DNA of 64,000 nucleotides from Salinivirgaceae bacterium (GCA_024405635.1 JAKSOL010000003.1:32001-96000), one strand, 5' to 3'; counted from the first letter of the stretch, positions 36,302 through 47,477 are shown. Translations and numbers: made by a program. The notes: generated by a model not told the origin, from the sequence alone.

Positions 36302-38054
36302 TATATTCGTCCTTCCTTTTACGCTCGGCATGAGTTTGCTGTTTGCGTACCTTTTGCTCAAATACGCACACTGGATTTGGTTGCTTCCAACCGATGACAA
36401 ACTGCGCATCTTGAAAGGCTTTTTTAGTCAGAAGTCATTGCGAGCTTGCGGCGAGATATTTATGGAAAGTTTGCTGCACCGCAAAATCTTTAGAGTTGAC
36501 AAACGCCTTGGTTTTATGCACATGAGCCTAGCTTTTGGCTGGTTTTTGCTTATAGTTATTGGCGCAATTGAGGCACACACATACGCTGGCGGTAGCGCAC
36601 CATTCTATTTCCCTATTTTCTTCCGATTTTTTGTTCCCTACGAGGCCGATTTTTTTCTTTCATCGGTTTATGTGCAACTGATGGACGCCGCCTTGTTGCT
36701 TGTTTTAACAGGCGTAGGCATGGCATTCGCCAAACGATTTAAATCGAACATAGTGGGAATGAAAAAGACCACAAAACTTCGTCGCCGCGACAAGGCAGTG
36801 CTTTATTCTTTGTGGCTTATCTTCCCAATGCGTTTGTTGGCCGAGAGCACAACAAGTGGATTGCACAACTCGGGCGGCTTTCTTACAGGAACGCTCGGCA
36901 CCATCATGTCGTACATTTTGCCTTTGCAATATATGGAGTACCCACTCTGGTGGGGCTATTCAATAGTGTTGTGCATCTTCTTTTTGGGTTTGCCAACAAG
37001 CCGATACATGCACATTCCAACCGAAATGGTGCTCATCTTCTTCCGCAATTGGGGCATCAAGCTCCGTCCCGATAATCCAATTCTTGAAGAGGTGATGATT
37101 CTGTCGTGCCCACGTTGCGGCATTTGCATTGACCGCTGTCAACTCAATACCAATCTTAACATTAACGATACTCAGGCGGTTTATTTCTTGCAGCGCATAC
37201 GTCGAAACGAAGACTATACCGCACAAGCAAACAATTGTTTAATGTGTGGTCGATGCGCATCGGTATGTCCAGTTGGCATCGATTTAAATGCAATCCGAAA
37301 CCGACGCCGATTGAATTTTACTCCAAAAGAGGTGGTTTTGCCATACGATAATAAGCAGCAACGCCAAGCCAAAGTAGTCTATTTTGCAGGTTGCATGGGG
37401 CATCTTACGCCGCATATCAAAAACGCAATGGTGAAGATTTTGCAAGCATCGGGCGACGATTTTTGGTTTATGGACGAAGAGGGCGGAGTGTGCTGTGGCC
37501 GACCAATGAAACTTGCCGGGCAGGTTGATGCCGCTCGTCAGTTGATGGATAAAAATCGTGCCACTATTTTGCAAAGCGGTGCTACAGTTTTAGTTACGTC
37601 GTGCCCAATTTGCTATAAAGTTTTTAAAGAAGAATATAATCTGAATATCAGCATTTTACATCACACTGAATACATTGAGCAGTTACTAAAAAGCGGAAAA
37701 CTAAAAGTTACTCGTCAAGATATGATGGCGGTTTATCATGACCCTTGCGAATTAGGTCGTGGCAGTGGCATTTATGAGCAACCTCGCAATGTTTTGTCAG
37801 CAGTGGCAAACCTAACTGAAAGTAGCAACGAGCGCCGCGACTCGCTTTGCTGTGGTGGTAGTTTGGCCAACCTTACTCTGCCATCGGCAAAAAAACACGA
37901 ACTGGCAAAGCAAACCATGCAAGTGCTTACTGCCAACAATCCCGATTTGGTAGCAACAGCCTGCCCATTGTGCAAACGAACTTTGCAACGTGCTGGCGAC
38001 ACTTTGGTTATGGACATTGCCGAAGTTGTTGCTAAAGCAATGGAATGCAAATAG
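36276..38054 (+). CDS. Membrane (NarI/HdrE-like) + 4Fe-4S + 2xCCG (HdrD-like) oxidoreductase
   Basis: N-terminal TM helices with His (FMHMS, RYMHIP); CPRCGIC...CLMCGRCASVCP; CCG twice; YHDPC. Confidence 0.85.
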   Translation: MQMTQMPFDIFVLPFTLGMSLLFAYLLLKYAHWIWLLPTDDKLRILKGFFSQKSLRACGEIFMESLLHRKIFRVDKRLGFMHMSLAFGWFLLIVIGAIEAHTYAGGSAPFYFPIFFRFFVPYEADFFLSSVYVQLMDAALLLVLTGVGMAFAKRFKSNIVGMKKTTKLRRRDKAVLYSLWLIFPMRLLAESTTSGLHNSGGFLTGTLGTIMSYILPLQYMEYPLWWGYSIVLCIFFLGLPTSRYMHIPTEMVLIFFRNWGIKLRPDNPILEEVMILSCPRCGICIDRCQLNTNLNINDTQAVYFLQRIRRNEDYTAQANNCLMCGRCASVCPVGIDLNAIRNRRRLNFTPKEVVLPYDNKQQRQAKVVYFAGCMGHLTPHIKNAMVKILQASGDDFWFMDEEGGVCCGRPMKLAGQVDAARQLMDKNRATILQSGATVLVTSCPICYKVFKEEYNLNISILHHTEYIEQLLKSGKLKVTRQDMMAVYHDPCELGRGSGIYEQPRNVLSAVANLTESSNERRDSLCCGGSLANLTLPSAKKHELAKQTMQVLTANNPDLVATACPLCKRTLQRAGDTLVMDIAEVVAKAMECK

Positions 38055-38072
38055 AAAAGCCAGCGTAAATAA

Positions 38073-38112
38073 AAAAGCCGCTTTCAAAATTTTTTTTTTG
38101 AAAGCGGCTTTT
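38073..38112. terminator. Bidirectional intrinsic terminator
   Basis: aaaagccgctttcaaaa...ttttgaaagcggctttt. Confidence 0.8.
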
Positions 38113-38130
38113 CATTTATAATCAAGAATG

Positions 38131-38637
38131 TTACTCTTCGCTCTTTTTAGCCGATTTTTTAGCAGCAGTTTTCTTTGCTTTAGGTTTTTCTTCAGCAACA
38201 GGAGCCTCTTCAACCTTTGCTTGTTCTGCCTCTGCAGCAACTTCATCGTCTTTGTCAAGCTCTGAAAGTAGGTTGTTAGCTTGCAGAATGTTGTACCATG
38301 TCAACACTTTTTTAATGTGCGAAACATAAACACGATCTTGGTCATAGTTTGGCATAGCCTCAAGAAAATAACTTTTCAAGGTTTTGTCGTCAGACTTTGC
38401 GCTCACAGCTGCACCACCATTTTCTTTTGCACGAATTGCTTTAAATACGTCAACTAGTGGCATATCGGTGCCGTCGTTGCAAAAAATTGCAATATCGCCC
38501 ATTGAGCTGATTTTTGACGTGGCAAAAGCTGGCATACGTTTTTTAGTCTCAACATTCTCAACCAATACACCGTTTTTGGTGCTCGAAATAAGTTTGAATA
38601 AACCTGAATAGCCCGAAATGGCTAAAATGTCTTTCAT
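38131..38637 (-). CDS. Conserved Bacteroidota protein (DUF5606-like)
   Basis: ILAISGYSGLFKL, YDQDRVYVSHIKKV..WYNIL; K/A-rich tail. Confidence 0.8.
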   Translation of the reverse strand: MKDILAISGYSGLFKLISSTKNGVLVENVETKKRMPAFATSKISSMGDIAIFCNDGTDMPLVDVFKAIRAKENGGAAVSAKSDDKTLKSYFLEAMPNYDQDRVYVSHIKKVLTWYNILQANNLLSELDKDDEVAAEAEQAKVEEAPVAEEKPKAKKTAAKKSAKKSEE

Positions 38638-38814
38638 ATTGTTTTCGTTTTAAAATTCTGGTGGCAAATGTATCAATTATTGCAAATCGTCAATCAAACT
38701 GATGCGGCAAAACGCGTGAGTGAATTTGTCTGCATTATTATTTTGTTCGTCAATTAAAATCGTTCATTTATATGTCAAATTGTGGCTTTTCGTATTTTTG
38801 CGCAATTTATATAC

Positions 38815-41800
38815 ATGAAACATTGGCTCACCATATATCTAATTTTGATTGCCCAACTATTGTCGGCGCAAGTGAATAAGTATGGTAACATGTTGGTTAC
38901 CAACTACACAAACAACGACTATGGGGCAAATCCGCAAAACTGGGGAATTACTCAAGACCCCCGTGGTGTGATTTATGTGGCCAATACCGATGGCGTTCTT
39001 GAGTACGACGGATACGCATGGAAACTCATTTCATTAAATGACGAACAAACAGCACGCTCCGTTGCCAGCGACTTTTCCGATGGTACTATTTATGTAGGCT
39101 CAATGGCCGAAATAGGCTACCTGGCTGCCGATAGCATAGGTTCGTTGTGCTATGTATCGTTAATGGATAAAGTTCCTCATGGCATTGAATTTAGCAACGT
39201 TGATAAAATCTTTTTTGATACTCTAAATGTTTATTTCTGTGCTCCAGAATATATTCTTGTTCTTAGCAAATCAACTCATACCATTGAAAGTTGGCCAATG
39301 CCTGTTAGCACATTCTTATCATTTATGGTTAATGGCAATCTGCTCACTTCAACAAGATACGAGGGTTTAAAACAAACATCGTCAACCGGCATTGTAACAA
39401 TGAAAAATGCGCAAACAATGGAGCCGTTGATTGACGTTGAGGCTATTGACAATGAAAATATTATTGTTGAAAGTAGAACTCAATTTTATCAGTATAATAT
39501 AAACACTGGCGAAAAAACACCATTTCCAAAAGCCAAAGAGGTGTTTGATTATATGAACAAAAACATGGCGCTAGTTTATGGTTTGGAAAAAACCACCGAC
39601 GGCCGTTTTGTTATGGGAGCTGCGCTAAGTAAGGATTATGTACTCACTTTCTTCGATAAAAACTTTGAAGTAAGCAATGTTGTTAACCGTTACAACGGAA
39701 TTCAAGACAACACAACATTCGATATGAAGGCTACCAACGATGGAAACGTATGGGCCGCAATGAATGTTGGAGTGTCGCGCGTTGAATCACACTTACCTTT
39801 GGCAAAATTTGGTACCGAATCGGGGCTTGAAGGCGTTATGCTTGAAGGCGTTAATGTTAATGGTGAACTATATTTTTCTACTTCCGAAGGTCTGTTTTAT
39901 CGCTCCCAAAACAAACTTGGCTTTGCCGAATTGAAAAAAGTAGAAGGACTTGATATTCCTGTTATAACGGTTATTGAGTACACGGAGCCATACTCAAAAA
40001 AGAAAATGTTGATGGCTGGCACTCAAAATGGCCTTTTCAAAATAATTGACCATAAAGCAAGGCTTATTGATACCTATCCTGCCAATAAAATATACCAATC
40101 GAAAATTGACCCACGCATTTTATATGTTAACTGTTACGAACTTGTTCATTTTGAATTTAATACCGACGATAAGTTCGTGATAAAAGAAAATATACCAGGC
40201 TACGAAAAAGTGCGAAATTACGCAATGGGCGTTTGCGAAGATGCGAATGGCGACTTTTGGATTTCGCCTGAAATGCAGGGCGTAATGCGCAAACCCGCTG
40301 GTCAAGATACGCTAATACCATACGGCTTGCAAAACGGATTGCCAATTATGCAGCATATTACCATCTTTACAAGCCACAAAGGTGAACCTTTATTCTGCAC
40401 ACCCAAGGGCGTTTATACTTTTAATCGTCAAACCGACCAATTTGAACCTTATGCTCCGTTTATTGGTTTAAGTTCCAACGAAACCGACCAAATAGTTAGC
40501 CTTTGCCATTACGGAAAAGGTTATGCTGTTTTGCGTAAAAATGGAATTAAGAATTGGTTCGAAATTCTTTTGCCCGACTCAACCGGTCAACTAAAAATTT
40601 TTGATACACCATTAAAACGCATGCCAGGTACCATGAGCGAAATGCTTTATGTTGACGATGAAGGTGTGTTGTGGATGGGGCAAAATACTGATGTATATAG
40701 TTTTAAGGGTGACACATCATTGTCATTCGAGAGCATGGTTAACCATTACTCATGCGCAAAGCCTTTTAATACTCTGATTCGTAAAGTGTCGAGCCGTAAT
40801 GTTGAGCTATACAATGGTGCTCCAATTAAAACTAGCAACTATGACAAAATAGCGACTCTTCCGTATTCTGATAATAACGTCGATTTTAGATTCTCGGCAA
40901 CTTTCTTTGAGCAAGAACAAAAAACCGAATTCTCGTGGATGCTTGTTGGTCAAGATAAAGAATGGTCGTCGTGGGCGCTGCATCACCATGTAAATTACAA
41001 TAACCTAAAAGAAGGATTGTATAAGTTTAAGGTTAAATCGCGTAACATTTATGGTCAAGAAGGTTCAATTGAGACTTTTGCTTTTCGTGTTAAACCGCCA
41101 TTTTATCGTACCTTATTAGCGTATGTTTTATACACACTGATAGGAACCTTCATAATGTTCTGCATTGTTAAACTTAACAACCAACGTTTGTTTTACGAAA
41201 AAGAACAACTTGCAAATGAGGTTCATAAGCATACTATTGAAATTGAATATCAGAAAGAGGCTATTGAGACACAAAAAGAGGAGATTGAACAAAGTATTCG
41301 ATATGCAAGTCGTATTCAGCGAGCTTTGTTTCCTCCGCAAGATGTTATTGATGCAGTTTTCCCAAAAAACTTCTTGATTTATCAACCTCGCAACGTGGTA
41401 AGTGGCGATTTTTATTGGATTTCGCAAACTGCCAATCGCAAAATATGTGTTGTTGCCGATTGTACAGGGCATGGCGTTCCTGGCGGTTTTATGAGTATGC
41501 TTGGTTTTGCGTTTCTTAACCAAATTGTTGACGATACAATATCTTGTGAAAATATATTGTATGAGCTACGAACATTAATTATCAGCAACTTGCGTCAAGA
41601 GGTGACAAACGAAAATAGTAACCGCGATGGTATGGACGTAGGCGTTTTTACCCTTGATACCAAGACTAATCATTTTGAATTTGCAGGAGCCAACCGCCCT
41701 GCTATTATAATACGAGGCGAGGAGTTGATTTACATTAAGGGCGACCGTATGGCCATCAGTATTGACGACCACTTTAACGACAGATTCACAAAAAGAACTT

Positions 41801-42030
41801 TCGATTTGGAATCTGGTGATAAAATATACATGTTCTCCGATGGTTATGTTGACCAATTTGGCGGCGAACACGGTAACAAACTATTAATCAAGAATTTTAA
41901 AGATGTATTGATGCGCGTGAGTAAAATGCCTATGAAGGATCAAAAACGAGAATTAGAGTCGTACTTGGTTAAATGGCAAGGCAAAAATATGCGCACCGAC
42001 GACGTGATAGTGTTAGGTATCGAAATTTAG
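38815..42030 (+). CDS. Beta-propeller + Y_Y_Y + TM + SpoIIE (PP2C) sensor phosphatase
   Basis: Signal peptide, propeller repeats, YNNLKEGLYKFKVK, TM helix, SGDFY, ADCTGHGVPG, DGMD, FSDG, DD. Confidence 0.9.
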   Translation: MKHWLTIYLILIAQLLSAQVNKYGNMLVTNYTNNDYGANPQNWGITQDPRGVIYVANTDGVLEYDGYAWKLISLNDEQTARSVASDFSDGTIYVGSMAEIGYLAADSIGSLCYVSLMDKVPHGIEFSNVDKIFFDTLNVYFCAPEYILVLSKSTHTIESWPMPVSTFLSFMVNGNLLTSTRYEGLKQTSSTGIVTMKNAQTMEPLIDVEAIDNENIIVESRTQFYQYNINTGEKTPFPKAKEVFDYMNKNMALVYGLEKTTDGRFVMGAALSKDYVLTFFDKNFEVSNVVNRYNGIQDNTTFDMKATNDGNVWAAMNVGVSRVESHLPLAKFGTESGLEGVMLEGVNVNGELYFSTSEGLFYRSQNKLGFAELKKVEGLDIPVITVIEYTEPYSKKKMLMAGTQNGLFKIIDHKARLIDTYPANKIYQSKIDPRILYVNCYELVHFEFNTDDKFVIKENIPGYEKVRNYAMGVCEDANGDFWISPEMQGVMRKPAGQDTLIPYGLQNGLPIMQHITIFTSHKGEPLFCTPKGVYTFNRQTDQFEPYAPFIGLSSNETDQIVSLCHYGKGYAVLRKNGIKNWFEILLPDSTGQLKIFDTPLKRMPGTMSEMLYVDDEGVLWMGQNTDVYSFKGDTSLSFESMVNHYSCAKPFNTLIRKVSSRNVELYNGAPIKTSNYDKIATLPYSDNNVDFRFSATFFEQEQKTEFSWMLVGQDKEWSSWALHHHVNYNNLKEGLYKFKVKSRNIYGQEGSIETFAFRVKPPFYRTLLAYVLYTLIGTFIMFCIVKLNNQRLFYEKEQLANEVHKHTIEIEYQKEAIETQKEEIEQSIRYASRIQRALFPPQDVIDAVFPKNFLIYQPRNVVSGDFYWISQTANRKICVVADCTGHGVPGGFMSMLGFAFLNQIVDDTISCENILYELRTLIISNLRQEVTNENSNRDGMDVGVFTLDTKTNHFEFAGANRPAIIIRGEELIYIKGDRMAISIDDHFNDRFTKRTFDLESGDKIYMFSDGYVDQFGGEHGNKLLIKNFKDVLMRVSKMPMKDQKRELESYLVKWQGKNMRTDDVIVLGIEI

Positions 42031-42086
42031 TGTTGTTAACTAAATGTGTATCGATATCGATTTTCTTAACTATAACTAGCTGTAAA

Positions 42087-42848
42087 TCAGCCATTTTGTC
42101 GCATAAACTCTGCGCAAGTTATTGCAGTTGCTATTGATACGTTCAACGATTCAATCCCTCCGTTTTCTTTTGCATACGATGGTATTAAAAGGTTGTTACT
42201 CATCGCCTTGCTTATTTCTGGCGATAAACCTTTTGACTCGTTTCCCATAAATACAATGGCCGATTTAGGCAGTTTGTGTTTGTAAATATTGCTGCCATCA
42301 AGGCGAGTGCCGTAGGTAGCAATACCAAGTTTATTGGCCTCAATTATTAAATCTGAAAGGTATGTGTAGCAAACATTTACACGAAAAATGGCGCCCATGG
42401 TCGATTGTATAACTTTTGGGTTGAAAAGGTCAACAGTTTCGGGCGAGCAAAAAACTGTGTTTACGCCAAACCATGCGGCAGTTCTAACAATAGTACCAAG
42501 GTTGCCTGGGTCTTGAATATTGTCAAGGGCAATGCTCAACCCATTTGGAATGCGCAATTCACTCTCTTTTGGCAATCGAACCAAACCTAGTGCTTGGTTG
42601 GGGGTTTTTAAAAAACTAATGCGATTTAAATCTTTTTCGCTTATCTCGCTAATAATTTGACCTTTGCGCGTGAGTTGAGATAATTCGTTAAACAATGGTT
42701 GGGTAGCAAAAATCTCAACCACATCAAATTTGCTGGTTAACAGTTCTTTAATCATTTTTTCGCCCTCAACTACAAATAGTCCGTTTTCGCGACGCGATTT
42801 TTTTGAATCAAGAGTCTTAATTAGTTTTATTGTATTGTTAGTCAGCAT
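42087..42848 (-). CDS. TrmH-family RNA methyltransferase
   Basis: QDPGNLGTIVR, MGNESKG, ESLNV. Confidence 0.93.
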   Translation of the reverse strand: MLTNNTIKLIKTLDSKKSRRENGLFVVEGEKMIKELLTSKFDVVEIFATQPLFNELSQLTRKGQIISEISEKDLNRISFLKTPNQALGLVRLPKESELRIPNGLSIALDNIQDPGNLGTIVRTAAWFGVNTVFCSPETVDLFNPKVIQSTMGAIFRVNVCYTYLSDLIIEANKLGIATYGTRLDGSNIYKHKLPKSAIVFMGNESKGLSPEISKAMSNNLLIPSYAKENGGIESLNVSIATAITCAEFMRQNG

Positions 42849-42854
42849 ATTAAA

Positions 42855-45785
42855 TCAACTAAATAGTTCCATTATAGTGTCCATTGATAGGCCTTTAAGC
42901 GGGTTGTTTGTGTTTATAAACATGTTTGACAACTCCGTCTTTCGGTCTTGCAATTTTATTATTTTTTCTTCAATGGTGTTTTGTGTTATAAATCTGTAAA
43001 CAAATACGTTACGAGTTTGACCAATTCGGTGTGCGCGGTCAATGGCCTGGTTTTCGGCTGCTGGGTTCCACCATGGGTCAAGTATAAATACATAATCGGC
43101 CGAGGTAAGGTTGATGCCAACGCCGCCAGCTTTGAGCGAAATGAGAAAAACTTGGCGTTTGCTGTCGTTTTGAAATTGTTCTATTGTTGACTTGCGGTCG
43201 ACAGTTTGTCCTGTTAGTTTGCTATATCCAATTTTTTGTTGCTGAAAATACTGCTCGTATATTTCGAGTTGCGACACAAATGAGCTGAAAATAAGCACTT
43301 TGTGGTTTTCGGAAAGAATGGTTTCAAGCACTCGTATAACTTCGTTGAATTTGCCCGAAGGCAAGTCAGAACCTGCAAGCTGAGGGTGGCACGCAAGTAG
43401 TCGCAGTTTGGTAAGCGACTGAAGAACCAAGGCCGATGTTGCTATTGCATCTTGTTTGTCGTATTGCGAAAGTAGAGTGTTGCGTATTTGCGACTTTTCT
43501 TTTTCGTACATTTTCGCTTGTTCGTCGTCCATGTCGCAAATGCATATTTGTTCGGTTTTGGGTGGTAAGTCCGATGCTACTTGCGATTTGGTACGCCGCA
43601 AGATAAATGGTTCAATTAGGCGTTGAAGGCGTTTGCTATGTTGTCCAGTTAGGTCGCGCTCAATTGGAGCTACGTAAGTGGATTTAAAATATTGCAAATT
43701 GCCCAATAAACCTGGGTTTACAAAGTTCATTTGAGTCCAAAGGTCAATCAAGTTATTTTCTATAGGTGTACCTGTTAGTACTAATTTATGCTCTGATTGT
43801 AAGCGAATTATGCTTTGGTAATTTTTTGAACTTGGATTTTTTATTGCTTGGCTTTCGTCTAGAATTATGTAGTGAAAGCGGAATTTTTCAAGTAGTTCGG
43901 TGTCGTTTCTAACTAGTCCGTAGGTGGTTATTACAATATCGTAAAGAGTAAATGCACTAACGTTTTTGGCGCGCGAAATGCCGCTGTGTATTAGCACTTT
44001 AAGGTGCGGGGCAAATTTTAAGATTTCAGATTTCCAGTTGTGAATTAGCGACAGCGGAACCACCAATAGCGATGTTGGTCGTGGACGAGGCTTTATATAA
44101 TCGGGTTCGGTAAATAAATCAAGTTGCAATGGGGTTTTAATCTCGCCACACTCTGCTTCAATGTTTTGTGCCGAGTCGGCAAGCAGAGTAAGCGTTTGCA
44201 ATGTTTTGCCAAGACCCATGTCGTCGGCTAAACAACCTCCTAAATTCAAATCGCGCAGTTGTTTCATCCAATAAAAACCGGCTAACTGATACGGTCTTAA
44301 TGTCGCTTGTAGTGCAATTGGCAGAGTATCTTTTTGTGGTTGTGGATTGCAGAGTTGTTGTTGAAGTTTTATGGCATCGGGCGAATTTATGTTGGCGGCA
44401 ATAATCAGTCCAAAGTGCTGTTTGCCAATACCAAGCGTCCCGTTTTGCTTTGGTTGCGCCATGTGCATAAGTTCGTAGTATTGGCTAAACCATTCGTTGG
44501 GAAGTATAACTATTTGCCCATCAGGTAGTTGGTATTCGCGAATGCCTTTTAGTATGTGGTTGCGCAACTTAATAAACGGAAACGAGTAACCATTGAGTGT
44601 TACATCGCCATAAAGGTCAAACCAGTCGTTGTTTGCTTTTGAACTTAAAGTTAAATCGATGTTGCCAATGTAATATTGTTGCTCAAGTTTGTCTTGTAAC
44701 ACCTTTACTCCCAATTCGTTAAGTTGGGTATAAACTTTGTTCAGCAAAGCAAGTATTTGATGCGAATTGTCGCAATGACGGTCGCAACCGGCGGGGTAGA
44801 ATGTTGTTTGGTCAACTGTTGAAAAGCCCAAAGAAGTTAGTTTTTCAATCAATTCTTTTTCAACCTGAAAATTGCGTTTTGTGCGAGTAAACGATATTTG
44901 GTCGCCATCAACTTTCATGTCGGCGAAACAACGTTCGGTATTGGTTGCATAAATTTGTTTCTGGCCGTAGTTAAAACGCAAAACCAAAGCGAGATTTAAG
45001 TTCAAATCGGTTTCAAGGTGCAAAGTGGCAACTGGCGGTTCGTCAATGCTTTTTAGCGGCATACCAATAAGGTGAACTCGTGCTGTTTTTATGCATCGTA
45101 AAATGTACTGTTCGCAGTATTTTAGTTCGTTTTCTTTGTTTATTAGAATGAAGTTTTTGCTGAAAAACGGAAGAAATTTTTTGCTGTCAAGATTTTTGAA
45201 TCGATATAATGTATTGTTTACCAAAATGTTGCATGGCTCTTGAGCGGTTAGTACCAAACTTCGTTTTCCGTGAAAAGACACCCGTTCGTTGTTGCTCAAA
45301 ATGTCGATGTGGTAATGTATGCCCTCGTTGATGCGGCTAAAAACGTAAATGGCTTGGCTGTAAGTCTCTTGAATGCTAACTTCATCGTTTTTCATCAACT
45401 TTGCTTCGCGATAATTTTGGTGAAATATTCGAATATGTTGATTTTCAATTATCTGCAAAATTTTCTTTAGACGCAGTTCAATGTATGGTCTCACACGTTG
45501 CTCAACAAATTCGGCATCAACGTGGCGTAAAAATGTAGGCATTGGCTCCTTTGAAAACTTGCGCGAAATTTCGTAATCGCTTATTTCGTCCGATATTTTT
45601 AGCAGCAAATCAAACTCGGGGCAGTATCCTTCAACATCTTTTATGTTAACGCACGAAGCATCGTCAATTGCTGAGTAAATTGAATCGGAGTCGGCAGTTG
45701 CGTTTGTGGGAGTAATAATGTGCGGAAAAAGCATTGCGCCGAACTTTCGGTGCATGCCAATAACCACAATTAGTTCGCGAGCCAT
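42855..45785 (-). CDS. SNF2-family helicase
   Basis: LADDMGLGKT, LDESQ, LTGTPIEN, SLKAGGVG, DPWWNP, QAIDRAHRIGQ. Confidence 0.95.
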   Translation of the reverse strand: MARELIVVIGMHRKFGAMLFPHIITPTNATADSDSIYSAIDDASCVNIKDVEGYCPEFDLLLKISDEISDYEISRKFSKEPMPTFLRHVDAEFVEQRVRPYIELRLKKILQIIENQHIRIFHQNYREAKLMKNDEVSIQETYSQAIYVFSRINEGIHYHIDILSNNERVSFHGKRSLVLTAQEPCNILVNNTLYRFKNLDSKKFLPFFSKNFILINKENELKYCEQYILRCIKTARVHLIGMPLKSIDEPPVATLHLETDLNLNLALVLRFNYGQKQIYATNTERCFADMKVDGDQISFTRTKRNFQVEKELIEKLTSLGFSTVDQTTFYPAGCDRHCDNSHQILALLNKVYTQLNELGVKVLQDKLEQQYYIGNIDLTLSSKANNDWFDLYGDVTLNGYSFPFIKLRNHILKGIREYQLPDGQIVILPNEWFSQYYELMHMAQPKQNGTLGIGKQHFGLIIAANINSPDAIKLQQQLCNPQPQKDTLPIALQATLRPYQLAGFYWMKQLRDLNLGGCLADDMGLGKTLQTLTLLADSAQNIEAECGEIKTPLQLDLFTEPDYIKPRPRPTSLLVVPLSLIHNWKSEILKFAPHLKVLIHSGISRAKNVSAFTLYDIVITTYGLVRNDTELLEKFRFHYIILDESQAIKNPSSKNYQSIIRLQSEHKLVLTGTPIENNLIDLWTQMNFVNPGLLGNLQYFKSTYVAPIERDLTGQHSKRLQRLIEPFILRRTKSQVASDLPPKTEQICICDMDDEQAKMYEKEKSQIRNTLLSQYDKQDAIATSALVLQSLTKLRLLACHPQLAGSDLPSGKFNEVIRVLETILSENHKVLIFSSFVSQLEIYEQYFQQQKIGYSKLTGQTVDRKSTIEQFQNDSKRQVFLISLKAGGVGINLTSADYVFILDPWWNPAAENQAIDRAHRIGQTRNVFVYRFITQNTIEEKIIKLQDRKTELSNMFINTNNPLKGLSMDTIMELFS

Positions 45786-45810
45786 TAGGTTGCCTATTGT
45801 TTTCTTGAAA

Positions 45811-46170
45811 TTATATAACCTTTACTTTGTATCCGGCAGCGGTAAGAATATCGGCAACTTTTTGCTTAAACTCACCTTGAATAATCACCTCTCCATCTTT
45901 AACTGAACCACCTACACCGCATTTGTTTTTTAGTAATCGGCCTAGTTCTTTTAAATCATCGTCAGTGCCAACAAATCCCTGAACAAGCGTAACCGATTTG
46001 CCAGCACGTTGCTTGCGGTCAATGCTAACTTTTAAATGTTGTTTTGCAGGCTCAAGAGTCTCAGCCTCAGGCTCTTCGTCGGTTTGATAAACAAAATCAG
46101 GATTGGTAGAGTAAACTACATTTAGGCGATCTTTCCAATCGTTACTTGGCTTAGTATTGTTCTTTCCCAT
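45811..46170 (-). CDS. SUI1/YciH translation initiation factor
   Basis: VYSTNP, RAGKSVT, LK.KCGVGGSVKDG..IIQG. Confidence 0.92.
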   Translation of the reverse strand: MGKNNTKPSNDWKDRLNVVYSTNPDFVYQTDEEPEAETLEPAKQHLKVSIDRKQRAGKSVTLVQGFVGTDDDLKELGRLLKNKCGVGGSVKDGEVIIQGEFKQKVADILTAAGYKVKVI

Positions 46171-46394
46171 TTTTGGTGAATTAGTTCTTTTAAGTGTACA
46201 ATGTAACATTGCAAAGATAGGCACATTAGCAAGTTTTGAGAACCGATTTATTTACTTGAAGCCAAAAAACAAATTGGTTGAATATAAAAGGTAGCTTTTT
46301 ATTGATTCAACTTTGCAACCTTTGTTGGAATAAAGTAGAGAGTTGGTAAATTTGCCGCTCGTAAAAATCGATTTACAATTAAAACTAAATACAA

Positions 46395-47477
46395 ATGGGA
46401 AAAACATTGAATATCGCCGTTTTGGCTGGCGATGGAATTGGTCCTGAGGTTGTTAAACAAGCCTTAGACGTTACAAAAGTTGTGTGCGAAAAATTTGGTC
46501 ACACATTGAATTACAAAGAGGCGCTTACCGGAGCTTGCGCTATTGAGGCTTACGGCGATGCTTATCCAGAGTCAACTCATCAACTTTGCATGGAGTCTGA
46601 TGCTGTGTTGTTTGGTGCAGTTGGTGATCCTAAATTTGATAACGATCCAAACGCAAAAGTTCGTCCTGAACAAGGTTTGTTGGCAATGCGTAAAAAATTG
46701 GGCTTGTTTGCAAACATTCGTCCAGTTCAAACATTTGACTGCCTTATCCACAAATCTCCATTGAAAGAAGAGTTGGTGAAAAATGCTGATTTTATTTGCA
46801 TTCGCGAGTTGACAGGAGGTATGTACTTTGGTAAAAAACAAGAACCAGCAATTAATGCCGATGGTGTAGAAGATGCTTTGGATACTAATTATTATAGCCG
46901 TCCTGAAATTGAACGCATTCTTAAAGTTGCGTTTGAATATGCTGGCAAACGTCGCAAACATGTAACTGTGGTTGATAAAGCTAATGTGTTGGCTTCAAGT
47001 CGTTTGTGGAGAAAAGTTGCACAAGAAATAGCACCTAAGTATCCAGATATTACAACAGATTATATGTATGTTGACAACGCTGCAATGCGCATGATTCAAG
47101 ACCCTCGTTTCTTCGACGTTATGGTAACCGAAAACACATTTGGCGACATTTTGACCGACGAGGCATCAGTAATCTCAGGCTCAATGGGATTGTTGCCATC
47201 AGCATCAATCGGTGAACATACCAGTGTGTTTGAGCCAATACATGGTTCGTATCCACAAGCAAAAGGCAAAAACATTGCAAACCCATTGGCTACTATTTTG
47301 TCGGCTGCAATGATGTTTGAGTATGCTTTTGATATGAAAGAAGAAGGCGCAATTATTCGTAAGGCCGTTGACGCATCGCTTGATGCAAACTACGTTACCG
47401 AGGATATTGATAAATCGGTAGCTCACAGCACATCTGAAGTGGGCGAGTGGATTTGCAATTGGATTAAAAACGCATAA
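46395..47477 (+). CDS. leuB: 3-isopropylmalate dehydrogenase
   Basis: GDGIGPE, RPEQGLL, RELTGG.YFG, DKANVL, EPIHGS. Confidence 0.96.
   Translation: MGKTLNIAVLAGDGIGPEVVKQALDVTKVVCEKFGHTLNYKEALTGACAIEAYGDAYPESTHQLCMESDAVLFGAVGDPKFDNDPNAKVRPEQGLLAMRKKLGLFANIRPVQTFDCLIHKSPLKEELVKNADFICIRELTGGMYFGKKQEPAINADGVEDALDTNYYSRPEIERILKVAFEYAGKRRKHVTVVDKANVLASSRLWRKVAQEIAPKYPDITTDYMYVDNAAMRMIQDPRFFDVMVTENTFGDILTDEASVISGSMGLLPSASIGEHTSVFEPIHGSYPQAKGKNIANPLATILSAAMMFEYAFDMKEEGAIIRKAVDASLDANYVTEDIDKSVAHSTSEVGEWICNWIKNA

Noticed and set aside
42855-45785. SNF2 helicase (and the UvrD at 27335-29530) as defence-system components
   Set aside because: Both have backbone-like composition and no adjacent methylase or nuclease partners.
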